From NCBI GenBank assembly GCA_048013815.1, contig CM106586.1:23002001-23066000 (forward strand): a DNA stretch of 64,000 bases, written 5' to 3'. Positions 1 to 11,065 of this stretch are shown piece by piece. The notes beneath the pieces were generated by a model, which worked only from the letters and a program-made list of their open reading frames with translations, had not been told where the DNA came from and searched no databases. This stretch comes from Setoptus koraiensis. Its lineage: Eukaryota; Animalia; Arthropoda. The first letter of the stretch is position 1. Each line of letters begins with the position of its first letter. A program made the translations under genes and the position numbers.

Positions 1-3000
1 CGACCCTTCTCAACGCATCGAGTGAGCATGACAATTGCTCTAGAATTCTGCTCCCAAAGCATGCGCCAGAAATCATCTCTTGTGCCGTATAAAGGACCCT
101 GTGTTACGATAAATTCTCTTGGTGAATTGTATCCGGGGATGTAGTTCGCATTTATATAGTCTGAACCTTCTTCATCATCTGTTGGTAAGAGTTTTACTCT
201 GGAATGATCATAAGGAACGATATTCGTAAATCTATTCTTCGGTCTATTAACAGGTAAATCGGCGACTTTGACAGTCCTATCTGTTCCTATCTTTTTGAAG
301 AGTTCGAATTCTTCAGAAAAACGGAAGTCCGAATCTGCAGACATCATACGGAAGTGCGCGGCAAAATTCTTTAACTCAATTGGTCGCCTTGCGTGGAACT
401 CTCTTATACCTATAGATATGTTATCATCCATGAAACCTCCGTTCTGACCATTGAGCGTTCCGTTACCATTAATATGACTTGAGCTGGACATAACCTTCCG
501 ACTAGTTTTTTGTATTTTGGCGTATGGACCAAGCTTTAAATGTTTCATAAAGAGTATGGTTATCAAGAGTAAGGTGAGCAATGAAACCGGTAGTAATATT
601 CCTACAAATATGGCAGTGTTATCGGAATCTGTTGTTATGACTGATGAGTATGCGGTATCTGTAAATTTGTCAGGGCTTGTAAAGGCTCGGATTTTAACTC
701 TATAACTAGTGCTAGGTTTCAAAGGCCCGTTGCAATATTTTTCGTTGAGCTTTGAGTCGTAGCATTCTCCAGATCCTATAATAAAATCCTCAATAACTGA
801 GTTGTTGAACGGGAGATAGGGTTCTACCGCCTGATAGGGAGGCCACACGGGAGCAGATTGAACCTCAAACCAAGAAGGTAGTTCCAATATGTTGTTAGTA
901 GGCTTAGATACATCTTCAGCGACGATTATTGTGTAAGCTATGATTAGACCGTAAATGTTAGAAAAATAGTTCTTCCTAAATCTTGTTTTTATTGTAGTGC
1001 TAGTGTGACTAACTTCTGTTGGCACAATGCTATCTTCAGGCTGTGGAGGTGACCAGATAGGCATTGTTTCCTCCCATACTGCTTTATGGCCTGCCCCAAC
1101 TTTAGTATGTGCCTGAATGGTGTAAACATAAACCTTTCCTGGAACTAAATCATGTATAGTTCCATTCGTTTGGTAGGGTTCGAAATATTTGTGTTTCACA
1201 GCCGCATTACCGCTGCCTTTGTAGTGATAACTGATCTTATAACCAGTAAGGATTCCATTTTGATCCGATTGAGGTAGAGCCCATCTTAGAGTTATTTCAT
1301 TCGGTTTTAAATCAGTAGCATGGAAGCTTTTAACTTTTCCTGGTATAGATTCCAACGTTGAAAAGGTGTGTGATATTGGAGAACTTCGTAGAACCGTCGA
1401 AGATCCATATCCACTAAGAACAGTAACTATGAAAGTGTAGTTACTGTGAGGTCTAAGATTGGTGAAAGTGATACGCTCGGCGAAAGTTATATTTGATCTA
1501 AGATGCTTATCACGAGGATCTAAATATTGCACCTCGAAGGCATCGTTGTCACCTAGTGGGGTTTCCCACATCATTGTTATTTCAGTATCAGTGATTTGGC
1601 CTGGCGTGATAAATCTTACTGGCTCGGGGTGTAATCTAGCTTGCCTAGTTATTGGATTAGAGAACATTCCCCCAGACATAGTCCAGATAGATATGTTATA
1701 CAGCTTTCCTGGAGTTAGGTTATCAAAAAGAACTAGACGATTGGTGTCATTCTGCATCTTCTCTTGTATCGGTGCATTCGGTTCACTTATTTGAAACCTA
1801 TAACGATCGAACACAACTAGTTTCGATGGTGTCGGAGTATACTTGATACCTAGAGTCTTCGTTGCATGTTCGTCGCTTACAATATTGATTACAGAATTAA
1901 TCACTGGAAGAGTCCTTAATTGTAGTCCGATCCCTTCACTTCTTAAATTATGGCTTACAGTATAAAACATAAAAGAGTATAGTTCTCCTGGCTTGAGACC
2001 ATCGATAACGGCGCTCATCAATTGTCCTGTCCTAGTATGATTTGCTTGTATCTGTTTAGATAGTTGCTGAGTTGGCTCTCGAACTGTGTTATACACAATT
2101 ATGTAGTAATCAACTCGGCCCGAAGGCATGAACCACTGGAAGGTGAGATTATATGAGTCGAGTATATTTTTTATCTCCGAGATTGCGTTGGGATACAAAG
2201 TTTGCTCTATTTCTTTGGCATTAATTGATTCTACTTTGTTGCTCACTGAGGTCACTTTAATAATATACCGTTCGCCAGATTCCAGATCTCGTAGATCGGC
2301 GGAAGTTGTATTAATTGAATTCAGCTCTCGCCAAAATGTAGATTCGAGTGTTTTGAACTTGACTGAGTAGTTATCAACAAGTGAATTCTGAGAGGCTAGC
2401 CAGCTGAGACTCACAGTAGAATTCGTCGCCTTGACTACCTGAAGATTGTCTGGGGAGCGAGGGTAAACTGTCTGATAAAAAGAATACGGCTCACTTACAA
2501 GACCATAGCTTATCGCAGAAACATTGATACTGTATGTTGCGCCAGGATAAAGGTTATCAAGAACGTAAAAATTTTCCTTTGTTACAAACTCCTTCTTTTG
2601 TTTCGTATCGTTCCTCAACAAGCTGATCTTATATGAATCTTGGCGGCTTGTGACATCCCACTTCCAAGAGACATTCAAGGCTCTGTTGGATATATTTGGG
2701 GATACTGGTCTGGACTCAACGATCGGAGATGCAGGGCGTGTTATTCCATAAACCACGGCAGGTTCAGCAGGTACATCATGAGATACAGCGATAACTGATA
2801 TGGAGTAGTTTCTTCCAGCCAACAGGTTAAGAAGATGGGCATTTGTTTTGTCTTGAACAACTTGTACAGTTCCATCCGAATTGAAAGCTTCGACTTCGTG
2901 ATATCTGATTATATATGAGTCCTGTATACTCTGATTTCCGGGTGTCCAATCGACGAATAGTTCGCCAGACTTCCCATGAGATGCTTTCAGATCGACTACC

Positions 3001-4454
3001 GGCAATGGGGCAGTTGTCACATTTCTTTTGACAGGCCAAGAGGCTACATTTCCACTTACAGTTTTAACGACTACTTCGTAAGTACGACCTGGTTCGAGTC
3101 GTTCATCAAATCTAACGTGTCGCTCCTCTTCCCGATAGATTGTCTTCGGTGCAGGTGATTTGGTTCCTAATGAAACTTGGTAACGATCAAATTCAGTGTG
3201 AGCTTTTGGTGGTGACCATCTCACTTCGAAAGAGTAAGGACTTATAGTCGTTTTGTCTTGAGTTATATTGGAAGGTGGTAAGGGAACTGTTCTATACTGT
3301 GCCTCAGTTGGTTGACTGTATTGATCGTGACTAACAGTTTGAACAGATATGTTGTAATTTCTTCCTGGTAGTAGCCCATAAAAAGCCGCCTGACCTGGTC
3401 CCGTTATTTCCTCCTTTTGTATCTCAATCTCTGACTGTTCAGAATCAGGTGGAGTGATACTAACACGATACCTGTCAAATATTCCGGATGGAAACGGAGG
3501 CTGCCATAACAATAGAGTAGTCTCATTTCTGAACCAAACGATAAATCTTCCTGGTGTGTTTGGTTTTGTTGTAAAGTTTGCCGACAAAAAAGCATTTGAT
3601 GGTTTTCGGGCGTATATAGATTGAAGTTGAACTTCGTATGTGGCACCAGGCATGAGATCGCGCAACATTAGAGTGAATTCGTTACTAGATACGTTTAGAG
3701 TTTTCGATGTTGTGGTAGTATCCTGCTCGGACAAAGGTATAATCTTAGCCTGATACTCGGAGACGTTTCCCTCCAACGGTGGCTGCCAATCTAGTTTGAC
3801 TTGACGTCCCGACATCACATCCACTGAGAGGTCGCGAGGTGGGTCAGGTTCGGTGTAATATGGCGTCGTCCATGCTAGAGGACCAGTAACGTTCCCGTTA
3901 ATTGGATATATTTCAATATTATAATCGGCACCAGGCAAAGTATCAGCAATTATCACATTTGCATTTGTTCTAATATCCGCTGGTGTTAATTTAAAACCAG
4001 AGATTGGTATACCTCTGGCTGGTTTGTAATCAACGCGATAAGATATATCTTCAGGTGTGGACGAAAATTTAATTGGCAGTCCGAGCTCTATTTGTGAGGC
4101 ATGCGTATATCCTGATAATATTGAGGCGAAGATTAGAATCACAGATAATTTAGGTATAAATGAGTATTCTGCAGAAGAATTGCATCGTTCATATTGCTTA
4201 ATCGCTCCCGCCTTAGTTGGACGTGTACATTTCATTGAGTTAGTATTGCTGTTATTGAGACGATCATGGGAATGATGAGAATTTGATTTGTCGAGTCTAT
4301 ATTTGAAGGGACACGTTTTGACATGCTTAAAATTAAAGAAACTTGGATTGCATCCTTGTTTGGGTGTGTTGGCTAGTTTAGTGAGCGATCGTGCAGCGAG
4401 GTAATCAGATCTTGTTGCTTCTTGATGGCAGAACTTATAATTGTGAGATTCCAT
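1..4454 (-). CDS. Ptp10D: Receptor-type protein tyrosine phosphatase, Ptp10D/PTPRB (R3) class; 3'-partial, runs off the window edge
   Basis: Not in the ORF track because the stop lies outside the window. Hand translation at both ends and at several internal points keeps the same frame from ATG 4454 (second in-frame ATG at 4235) to base 1; I did not check every codon. It shows a hydrophobic signal-like stretch (LSVILIFASILSGYTHA), FN3-type repeats (EPDPPRDLSV...LDWQPP), a TM helix near 545-610, and the start of a PTP domain (KNRFTNIVPYDHSRV, DYINANY, FIVTQGP, DFWRMLWEQ). Confidence 0.9.
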   Translation of the reverse strand, partial: MESHNYKFCHQEATRSDYLAARSLTKLANTPKQGCNPSFFNFKHVKTCPFKYRLDKSNSHHSHDRLNNSNTNSMKCTRPTKAGAIKQYERCNSSAEYSFIPKLSVILIFASILSGYTHASQIELGLPIKFSSTPEDISYRVDYKPARGIPISGFKLTPADIRTNANVIIADTLPGADYNIEIYPINGNVTGPLAWTTPYYTEPDPPRDLSVDVMSGRQVKLDWQPPLEGNVSEYQAKIIPLSEQDTTTTSKTLNVSSNEFTLMLRDLMPGATYEVQLQSIYARKPSNAFLSANFTTKPNTPGRFIVWFRNETTLLLWQPPFPSGIFDRYRVSITPPDSEQSEIEIQKEEITGPGQAAFYGLLPGRNYNISVQTVSHDQYSQPTEAQYRTVPLPPSNITQDKTTISPYSFEVRWSPPKAHTEFDRYQVSLGTKSPAPKTIYREEERHVRFDERLEPGRTYEVVVKTVSGNVASWPVKRNVTTAPLPVVDLKASHGKSGELFVDWTPGNQSIQDSYIIRYHEVEAFNSDGTVQVVQDKTNAHLLNLLAGRNYSISVIAVSHDVPAEPAVVYGITRPASPIVESRPVSPNISNRALNVSWKWDVTSRQDSYKISLLRNDTKQKKEFVTKENFYVLDNLYPGATYSINVSAISYGLVSEPYSFYQTVYPRSPDNLQVVKATNSTVSLSWLASQNSLVDNYSVKFKTLESTFWRELNSINTTSADLRDLESGERYIIKVTSVSNKVESINAKEIEQTLYPNAISEIKNILDSYNLTFQWFMPSGRVDYYIIVYNTVREPTQQLSKQIQANHTRTGQLMSAVIDGLKPGELYSFMFYTVSHNLRSEGIGLQLRTLPVINSVINIVSDEHATKTLGIKYTPTPSKLVVFDRYRFQISEPNAPIQEKMQNDTNRLVLFDNLTPGKLYNISIWTMSGGMFSNPITRQARLHPEPVRFITPGQITDTEITMMWETPLGDNDAFEVQYLDPRDKHLRSNITFAERITFTNLRPHSNYTFIVTVLSGYGSSTVLRSSPISHTFSTLESIPGKVKSFHATDLKPNEITLRWALPQSDQNGILTGYKISYHYKGSGNAAVKHKYFEPYQTNGTIHDLVPGKVYVYTIQAHTKVGAGHKAVWEETMPIWSPPQPEDSIVPTEVSHTSTTIKTRFRKNYFSNIYGLIIAYTIIVAEDVSKPTNNILELPSWFEVQSAPVWPPYQAVEPYLPFNNSVIEDFIIGSGECYDSKLNEKYCNGPLKPSTSYRVKIRAFTSPDKFTDTAYSSVITTDSDNTAIFVGILLPVSLLTLLLITILFMKHLKLGPYAKIQKTSRKVMSSSSHINGNGTLNGQNGGFMDDNISIGIREFHARRPIELKNFAAHFRMMSADSDFRFSEEFELFKKIGTDRTVKVADLPVNRPKNRFTNIVPYDHSRVKLLPTDDEEGSDYINANYIPGYNSPREFIVTQGPLYGTRDDFWRMLWEQNSRAIVMLTRCVEKG

Positions 4455-5252
4455 GATGGAATAATTGTTGACCGAGGCAATTGTTAGATAAATATTAAAA
4501 ATAATTAAAATATAGGATAACTTGTTGGATACTTTAAAACCAAATGCGCTTTTCAGTGTAACTATGTGAATGTGGCAAGTCTAAAATGCTTTTTCGGTTC
4601 CCCAGAGCGGAGCATCCTTGTTTCGGGCACTAAAGGAGTTAATCTGACGAGGATGACCATTCCAAGGGGATAAGTTGATTGTGATTTGTTTCATTTCGAA
4701 AATGCCGAATGTCGTCTATTCGTTTGTTCCATCTTTCAGCAACAGGTCGATCATGTATGGGCAGTTATATTGGGAGCAGTGTATTGTGTGCTAATAATTT
4801 GCACCATAATAATATTCTGGCTTCATTGCTTCATGGCTTCTAATAATCTAAAAATCTATTCTATATCTGTAGCCAGGTTTTAGGGATACCATCTTAGGAG
4901 CGATGTGGTGTCGAATTTACATAAATATCATTGCTCTTGCAGTTGATGTTGCTTTCGGGCTTGTATGGTTTTGTATAATGATAATTTTATAATAAATATA
5001 AACTATTGATGTAATAATATTGCAGAAATAGCGACAGTAAAATAATAATTCATCGAGCAATTCGGGATCCGAATGATTCAAACTGGGTCAAATGATGTTA
5101 AAAAAAGAGAAAGAAAACAAGAAAAAAGAAGAACAGACAGACGGGCAAGAAGAATTTTCTTCAGAAAAAATGACTTCGGATGCCTTACGTTCATCTTTGG
5201 TTCGCTCTCGCTCTCTCTCTCCCTCTCACAAATACACTCAAAAGCACAGAAT

Positions 5253-5303
5253 ACACACACACACACACACACACACACAAGCAGAACAACACACACACAC
5301 ACG
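5253..5303. repeat. (CA)n microsatellite
   Basis: Interrupted AC run; it explains the spurious ORFs at 5073-5388. Confidence 0.9.
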
Positions 5304-6449
5304 CACCATTTTACAGACCAACAAGAGGCAACAGGCGCTAGGGCTGACACACAATTTGAGTATATGTTTGTGTGTGCTTGAGTGGTGAACTTAAACTCGA
5401 ACCACTGTGCGCGCTACCCAATAGAATTCGCGAAACTCTACAGCAATGGCAACTACAAGTGCCAGTATAATAACGTAAACAATTGAGGACAACAGCTCAT
5501 CACTTAGCCAGTTCGAACTTTTTCACCATAGAACATTATCCGAGTAATCGAATTATTATATTCGAACATGTAGTAGTCGAATTCTATTGGGTAGCCCCAT
5601 TCGACCTATAAGCAGCGTCTTCAAACGGTTGCCCTGCGCGCAGTCTATGTGATGAGTCATGCAGATTCTGCTGAAATTCGTTTGCCTATATTTAAACAAG
5701 GCCCATAAGTAGCGATAATTGAGCTCAATGTAATTCGACTCGTTAGCCTTGTGTACCGAGAATAAATATCTATGCTTAAATAATTTCTTAATGTGGATTA
5801 ATCTCATTGATAGTGATAATTATGAGGGCCGAATCGATAATATGTAACCCCTTTTGCTCGTATTTTTGACTACACCTGCAAATAGCTTTGCTTTCATTCG
5901 TATTATTAGGGCTATAATAGCCTATTAACGACGCCTCAATCAGTGCCAGGCTTGACTACTGTTTCACTGTCTCATGTTTATCCTGTTCGCATGGACATGA
6001 ACTGAAACACCATTAAATATGAATGAATTTTCGGTGATATTGACCAAGACTGCCCAACAACAAACGCAGCAGCTTCGAATGAGGCAATTTTGTATTTGGT
6101 TAACTTGAATCGTTGTACCAAACACAAAACAACACATGACACCCATTGACAGACCAACAAAAGTCTGACGCACAAGCCGCAGCTTAGCGGATAAGTCTTG
6201 GCATGAATGGCTGACATGAAACCTTTCACCTTGTACGAATAGAATGTGTTTGCTGTGAACTTAAACTCCGACCGATCGAGGCTCGAAACTCGCCTGAGTC
6301 CGTTTGTGAGCAGAACACTTATCTCTGGATGTCTAAGTAGAAGACCACTTTTACTATACGGTGTTCACATTCAAACAGTTCAACACATACAGCAGAACAG
6401 TCACAATTGTACCAAATGGGATCAATAGACTCACCATTCAAAATTGGAC

Positions 6450-7530
6450 AAGTTCGTTGTTGGTCAGAAAAGTCGACTTAAAACTGTGACTCAGAACAGG
6501 TATGGAGTTGCAAGTTGCAGTTATTCAGCAAGATGAAGATTGAAAATTGATCGAATCAACTGGCCATCTTGATAAACAGCATCCATTGCAACTCTCTACT
6601 ACTTTCTCCTTATTTTTATGCATACAATACGATGTCGATCAGGTGCAAGTAGCAGTAGGTTGCCAACCACATAACTTGGGCAATCGCATCATCATCATCA
6701 TCAACTACTCCGTTAACTTAACTCAGCTAGATACTTACCAAGACATTCAACTTACCGATGCTTGGGCGTCTCTAATTGGAGTGCAATTGAGCAAAAAGAA
6801 GTTCGTAAAAAAAGATACCTACAACTACTACCTCAACTGGACATGAACTGAAACGTTGCTGACATCGCCAGACACTCCTTTCGAGCAACATGAGTCGTAT
6901 TATTCGTAGAAAAAAATTTTGTTAACACATTATTGTTGTTGTTATTATTGCACAACTAACGCTCTAGATATTTGGGCAGGGAGTTAATTCGCTGTTCACA
7001 TCTATTGCGCATTCAAATGTGTGTTAATCTACAAATCGACATCAACTGACCAATCAAACCGATAAAATTAAGAGGCAAGGCACGAGCTTCAATCGGTGAA
7101 CTCGACAACAATATGACTAGCTCGTTGTTTGTTGCAATGGTTAATTTATAGTGGTCGTGTTGTTATTGTTGTCATATCTTTTTATTGTAGAATACAAGTT
7201 ATTGCTATAAACAATAGTTGTCGTTTCAATCGCTATCTTGAATTCGTCTTATTGTATTAGTTGCAATTTTTAGTGATTTCGTTGAACTGTCATTGAGATA
7301 GATTCCCTTCTTGCTGAAGCAACAATGATCTTTGTCGCGTACTAGTGTATTCGAGTGTGTAACATGATTATAATCATATCTCTCGTCATTTATGGCATGA
7401 TCGCGCCACCTATTTGTCGTTTGTCTGGCCTGTGATGTTGAACTATCCAGATAATTAATTTGGCAGTAGGATTTTTCATTGTTCTGTGTACTGTACTACT
7501 ACTGTATCATTGTGCCACGATAATAAGATG
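6450..7530 (-). pseudogene. Decayed duplicate of the 3' end (last-exon tail plus 3' flank) of the CBM14 gene
   Basis: Colinear similarity to about 9650-11230. There is an exact 36-bp match (7409-7444 = 11114-11149). The minus strand still reads NNEKSYCQINYLDSSTSQARQTTNR versus NNEKSFGQIGHLASSTSQARQTTNR in the intact gene. Further shared blocks are 6472-6640/9672-9830, 6841-6875/10025-10060 and 7082-7148/10359-10428. Confidence 0.75.
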
Positions 7531-8566
7531 ACACGTGATCGAAACTTCCTCACTCTCTCTCCCTCGCTAGATGTCTATCTAGATCATGATAAATTAATAA
7601 CGATTATATACAATCGAACTGCAAGTCGAACAGTTGCAATTATTCTAATTGAATCCAATTGAATTGAGCGGTCTGATAATAGTCAAAAATAATCTCTCGC
7701 TCTTCCTGTCTGCTAGAATGACATTTGATATCAGTAGATGTCATGATAAAAAATAGTCGAATGAATATAATCAATAGTTGTCTCTGCAGAAACAAACAAG
7801 ACTTTCTCCATCTCTCTCTTTTTAAGCACAATTGTCTATAAAATGAGTCAATTGAATGAAGTATATATAAATCATTGAGATACAACAACAACTCGACACA
7901 AAGGTTCTTGTGTGCTTCATCGTCGTATCAATCTATTTGGTGAACAATTTTTGAATTGTATCACCAATAAGTAAGCTGTTCACTATATTCTTATGTCTTG
8001 TCACAACAGTGTTGCAATGTGGCGAACGAAACTTTTTGTCCACGACAGCTCATTAATAATCTTGTTGTCTATGGTCTACCTCATACTGTCAGTGCACTGA
8101 TATCTCACATTGTCGGGTTATGTGTCCATCGGTAGACCATTGCAGCATTCGTGGAGATTTCGTACTGACAATACTTGACCTTTTGATTGTTGTTGAATAT
8201 TAATTAATATCCATAGAATTTTTAAGTGTAGAAATTGAGAAATAGCACACACAATAGACATTATCTTGTCTCTCGGTTGTAGTTTGTCAATTTGAAAGTA
8301 TACTCTTTGTCGCCCAATGATTTGATGATGTTTTCGGTATACGTAAATATATTGAATATGATAACATGATTGAGTTACCGAAATTGAGAGAGTATAAAAG
8401 CAAGTTTGGCTATCGGAAATGAATATCGGATTCAATTGAACAAAATTGACCAAAATATCACTGACCCAATCACTAGAACCGAACAGAGTCCATCGGATAT
8501 AATCACAACGAGCCAAATAAGCATAGTTCGAAATCAACCAAAGCAACACAGAAGGTAGTAGAAAAC

Positions 8567-9163
8567 ATGTCTTTTTCAGTTACAGCCAAAGCCATTATCG
8601 GCCTGATGGCTTGCCTATTAGTTGTGGTGGCGATTGTGGCCGAATCGCAATCGAGAGACGGCGACGGATGTAGAATGGAATGCCCGAAGATGAATCAAAA
8701 GAGTCAAGGAAAACAAAATTGCCGCTGGATCCTGAGAACTGACGGTAAGCCAGCTCGTCTCTGTGAGCAGCCCAAATGCAAGAGAGTTTGTCCAAAGGAA
8801 AATCAAGAGGCAGCAGCATCAAGCACCGACGAACAAACACAAGCAAGAGTTGAACAACAAATTGAGGGTGGCTCAGCAACCACTAATCAAGATTTCTCGT
8901 CTGCGGCCGCTGCACCAGCTCCAGCTCCAGCAATGGGTATTATGCAACAACGTTACGGTAACAAACTGAAACAGGCCCCTGTTCCTGGTGTCGCTGGTGG
9001 TAGATTGGCACCAGAACACAATCAACCAGCCCCTCTAGCAGCAGGCACCCAACAGAATGGCGCTCGCCGTCTTGCACCAACTTTGGCGCCTGAGATCAAC
9101 TACGACGATATCGACACGCCGCCACCCATAAGCCGCTTCTTGGATATCTCGCCAGAGGAATAG
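8567..9163 (+). CDS. Uncharacterised secreted protein, 198 aa: signal peptide, six-cysteine N-terminal module, Ala/Pro/Gln-rich tail
   Basis: Single ATG-initiated ORF with an N-terminal hydrophobic stretch (AIIGLMACLLVVVAIVAES) and six mature cysteines (CRMEC...C...CEQPKCKRVC). Its composition is more coding-like than the flanks. No family recognised. Confidence 0.75.
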   Translation: MSFSVTAKAIIGLMACLLVVVAIVAESQSRDGDGCRMECPKMNQKSQGKQNCRWILRTDGKPARLCEQPKCKRVCPKENQEAAASSTDEQTQARVEQQIEGGSATTNQDFSSAAAAPAPAPAMGIMQQRYGNKLKQAPVPGVAGGRLAPEHNQPAPLAAGTQQNGARRLAPTLAPEINYDDIDTPPPISRFLDISPEE

Positions 9164-11065
9164 ATGTTGTTGTCGAAAATGACAATCAACACAATTGGGC
9201 CAGATTGGATGCTATGGGTTTCAGATCGCGAATTTTGCCAACTAATTAAATCAACACACTGCTTACATTCAATTACAAAACATTTGGGTGCAAATAGGAA
9301 ACTCTCCATTTGGTTCGGGTGGCCCATATCACAAAGCTAGCGACAGCAACACACAACATCTATTGCTCTCAAACAATTTCCGATCGACGAATCGAAGAGT
9401 TTCGTTTTGGCGACTTGTTTCTGCTTGAATCTGAAGAAGAGACAGTGGAACAGTTACTATCAAAATAAAAACGATTTAATCAATAAAACAATGGTTATTA
9501 GCTAGCAAAAATAACTAGCCATTCTGAGCAATTTCTATTAAGCTATTTCCAAGTTTCAAGTTGTTATCGCAGAGATATTTGTAAGCTCGCTAGCAACTTA
9601 CAACTTACTTGTTAGCCGACTCAATGGAAAGTGGTGGCTCATGTCAGTTTGTGTGATGCGTTTGGCCAAGCAGTCGACTTAAAACTGTAACTCAAAACAG
9701 GTCTCTAGTTGAAATTTGCAACCGTTCAACGAGATGAAGACTGAAAATTGATTGAGCAACGGGCCGTCCCAGCAAACAGCATCTACTACTTTCTCTTTGT
9801 TTCTATGCATACAATACCATGACGATTAGTTGCGAATTGCAGTTTACTTGTTAATCATCTAACCTGCTTAACTCCAATCAGCCGGCTCGCATCATCTTCG
9901 GCTATTCCGTCGTTTCGACCAGATACCTTTAAACTTGCAAGAAGTTTGAGCGGCTCTGATAAGAGTGTGATTGAGCAAGAAGAAGTTCATAACAACTCGC
10001 TGGAGAATGTTGCTATCTTGCCTAGGCATGAACTGAAAAGTTGCTGACATTCTCAGACATTCACTTCTTTGCTTTGGCATAAAATACTGATTCGTACGAT
10101 TTGTATTCTTGTTATTCATGTCAAATATTATTATTATTATTATTATTAAATACAGATTGCCATTATTATTATTATCATGACAGGCTTTGAGATAGTTGTC
10201 AGACGGCAGGTAGATGATCCTCGTTGATTCGTTATCTTCACAGTTCACATCTAGTACGAATTCAAATGTGTGATCAACAATAAATTAAGTTCAAACTGTT
10301 ATGACAACACCTGCCCAATCAAACTGATAAGATCTAGCGGCGAGACGTTTGTCGTCGAACGAGCTTCATTCGACGACAACAGGACTACAACATGACTAAC
10401 TCGTTGCTTGTTGCAATAGTAAATTTATTGTTCTCTTGTCGTTGCATATAGTTGAATGCAGGTTGGTGTCCAGCCCCAACTACTAATAACAATGTTCAAT
10501 CATCAATTAAGTGACCATCTATCTTTTCATCTGATTCCCTATCTCGAATCTTGATACACAGACGCACACTCGAGTACATTCAAGTGTGCTCGGCACAATA
10601 GAAACCAAGGAATGACAATTGACAGAAAAGAAAAATATCGTGTTTGTACAAATCGTGTTCTCCTCGGCTACTTTGAAACATTTTTCTTTTTTGATGTGGA
10701 AATAATCACCTTTGCAGCCTCTCTATAGCCTGAATTTGAAATGCAGGTGAGTTTGTGCAAGCTTTGGGTTTGTCATGTTTTTCAAGTCAATTCAAGGCGA
10801 AAATACAAATATCTATGATGCGAATCAATTGCGCTTGGTAGTAGTTGTACGCCCTTATTATTATTTTCTCTTCTTTTGTCTATGAAAGAAACAATTTGAC
10901 AAATGGGTGAAAATAAATCCACACTCATATATGTTGCTGTCGCTCTAGGACTGTGTTCATATCTGTTTCTATTGTGCAATAATAATAATAAAAATATTTT
11001 AATATTTTAGTATGTTCGGAGACAAGGGAAAAGCAGTAGGAAGAGAGGAAGAGTGCACAACGTTA

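Noticed and set aside
5073-5388. Three overlapping ORFs with HT/CV repeats
   Set aside because: Produced by (CA)n and (CT)n microsatellites and A-rich sequence.
6814-6835. let-7-like sequence on the minus strand (TGAGGTAGTAGTTGTAGGTATC), equivalent to a near-perfect let-7 site on the plus strand
   Set aside because: There is no complementary arm nearby to form a pre-miRNA, the sequence is absent from the duplicate copy near 10000, CTA/CAA repeats are common here, and no plus-strand transcript is assigned.
10349-10379. Hairpin with a stem of about 11 bp (TTGTCGTCGAA...TTCGACGACAA)
   Set aside because: Short, and not preserved in the paralogous block near 7080.
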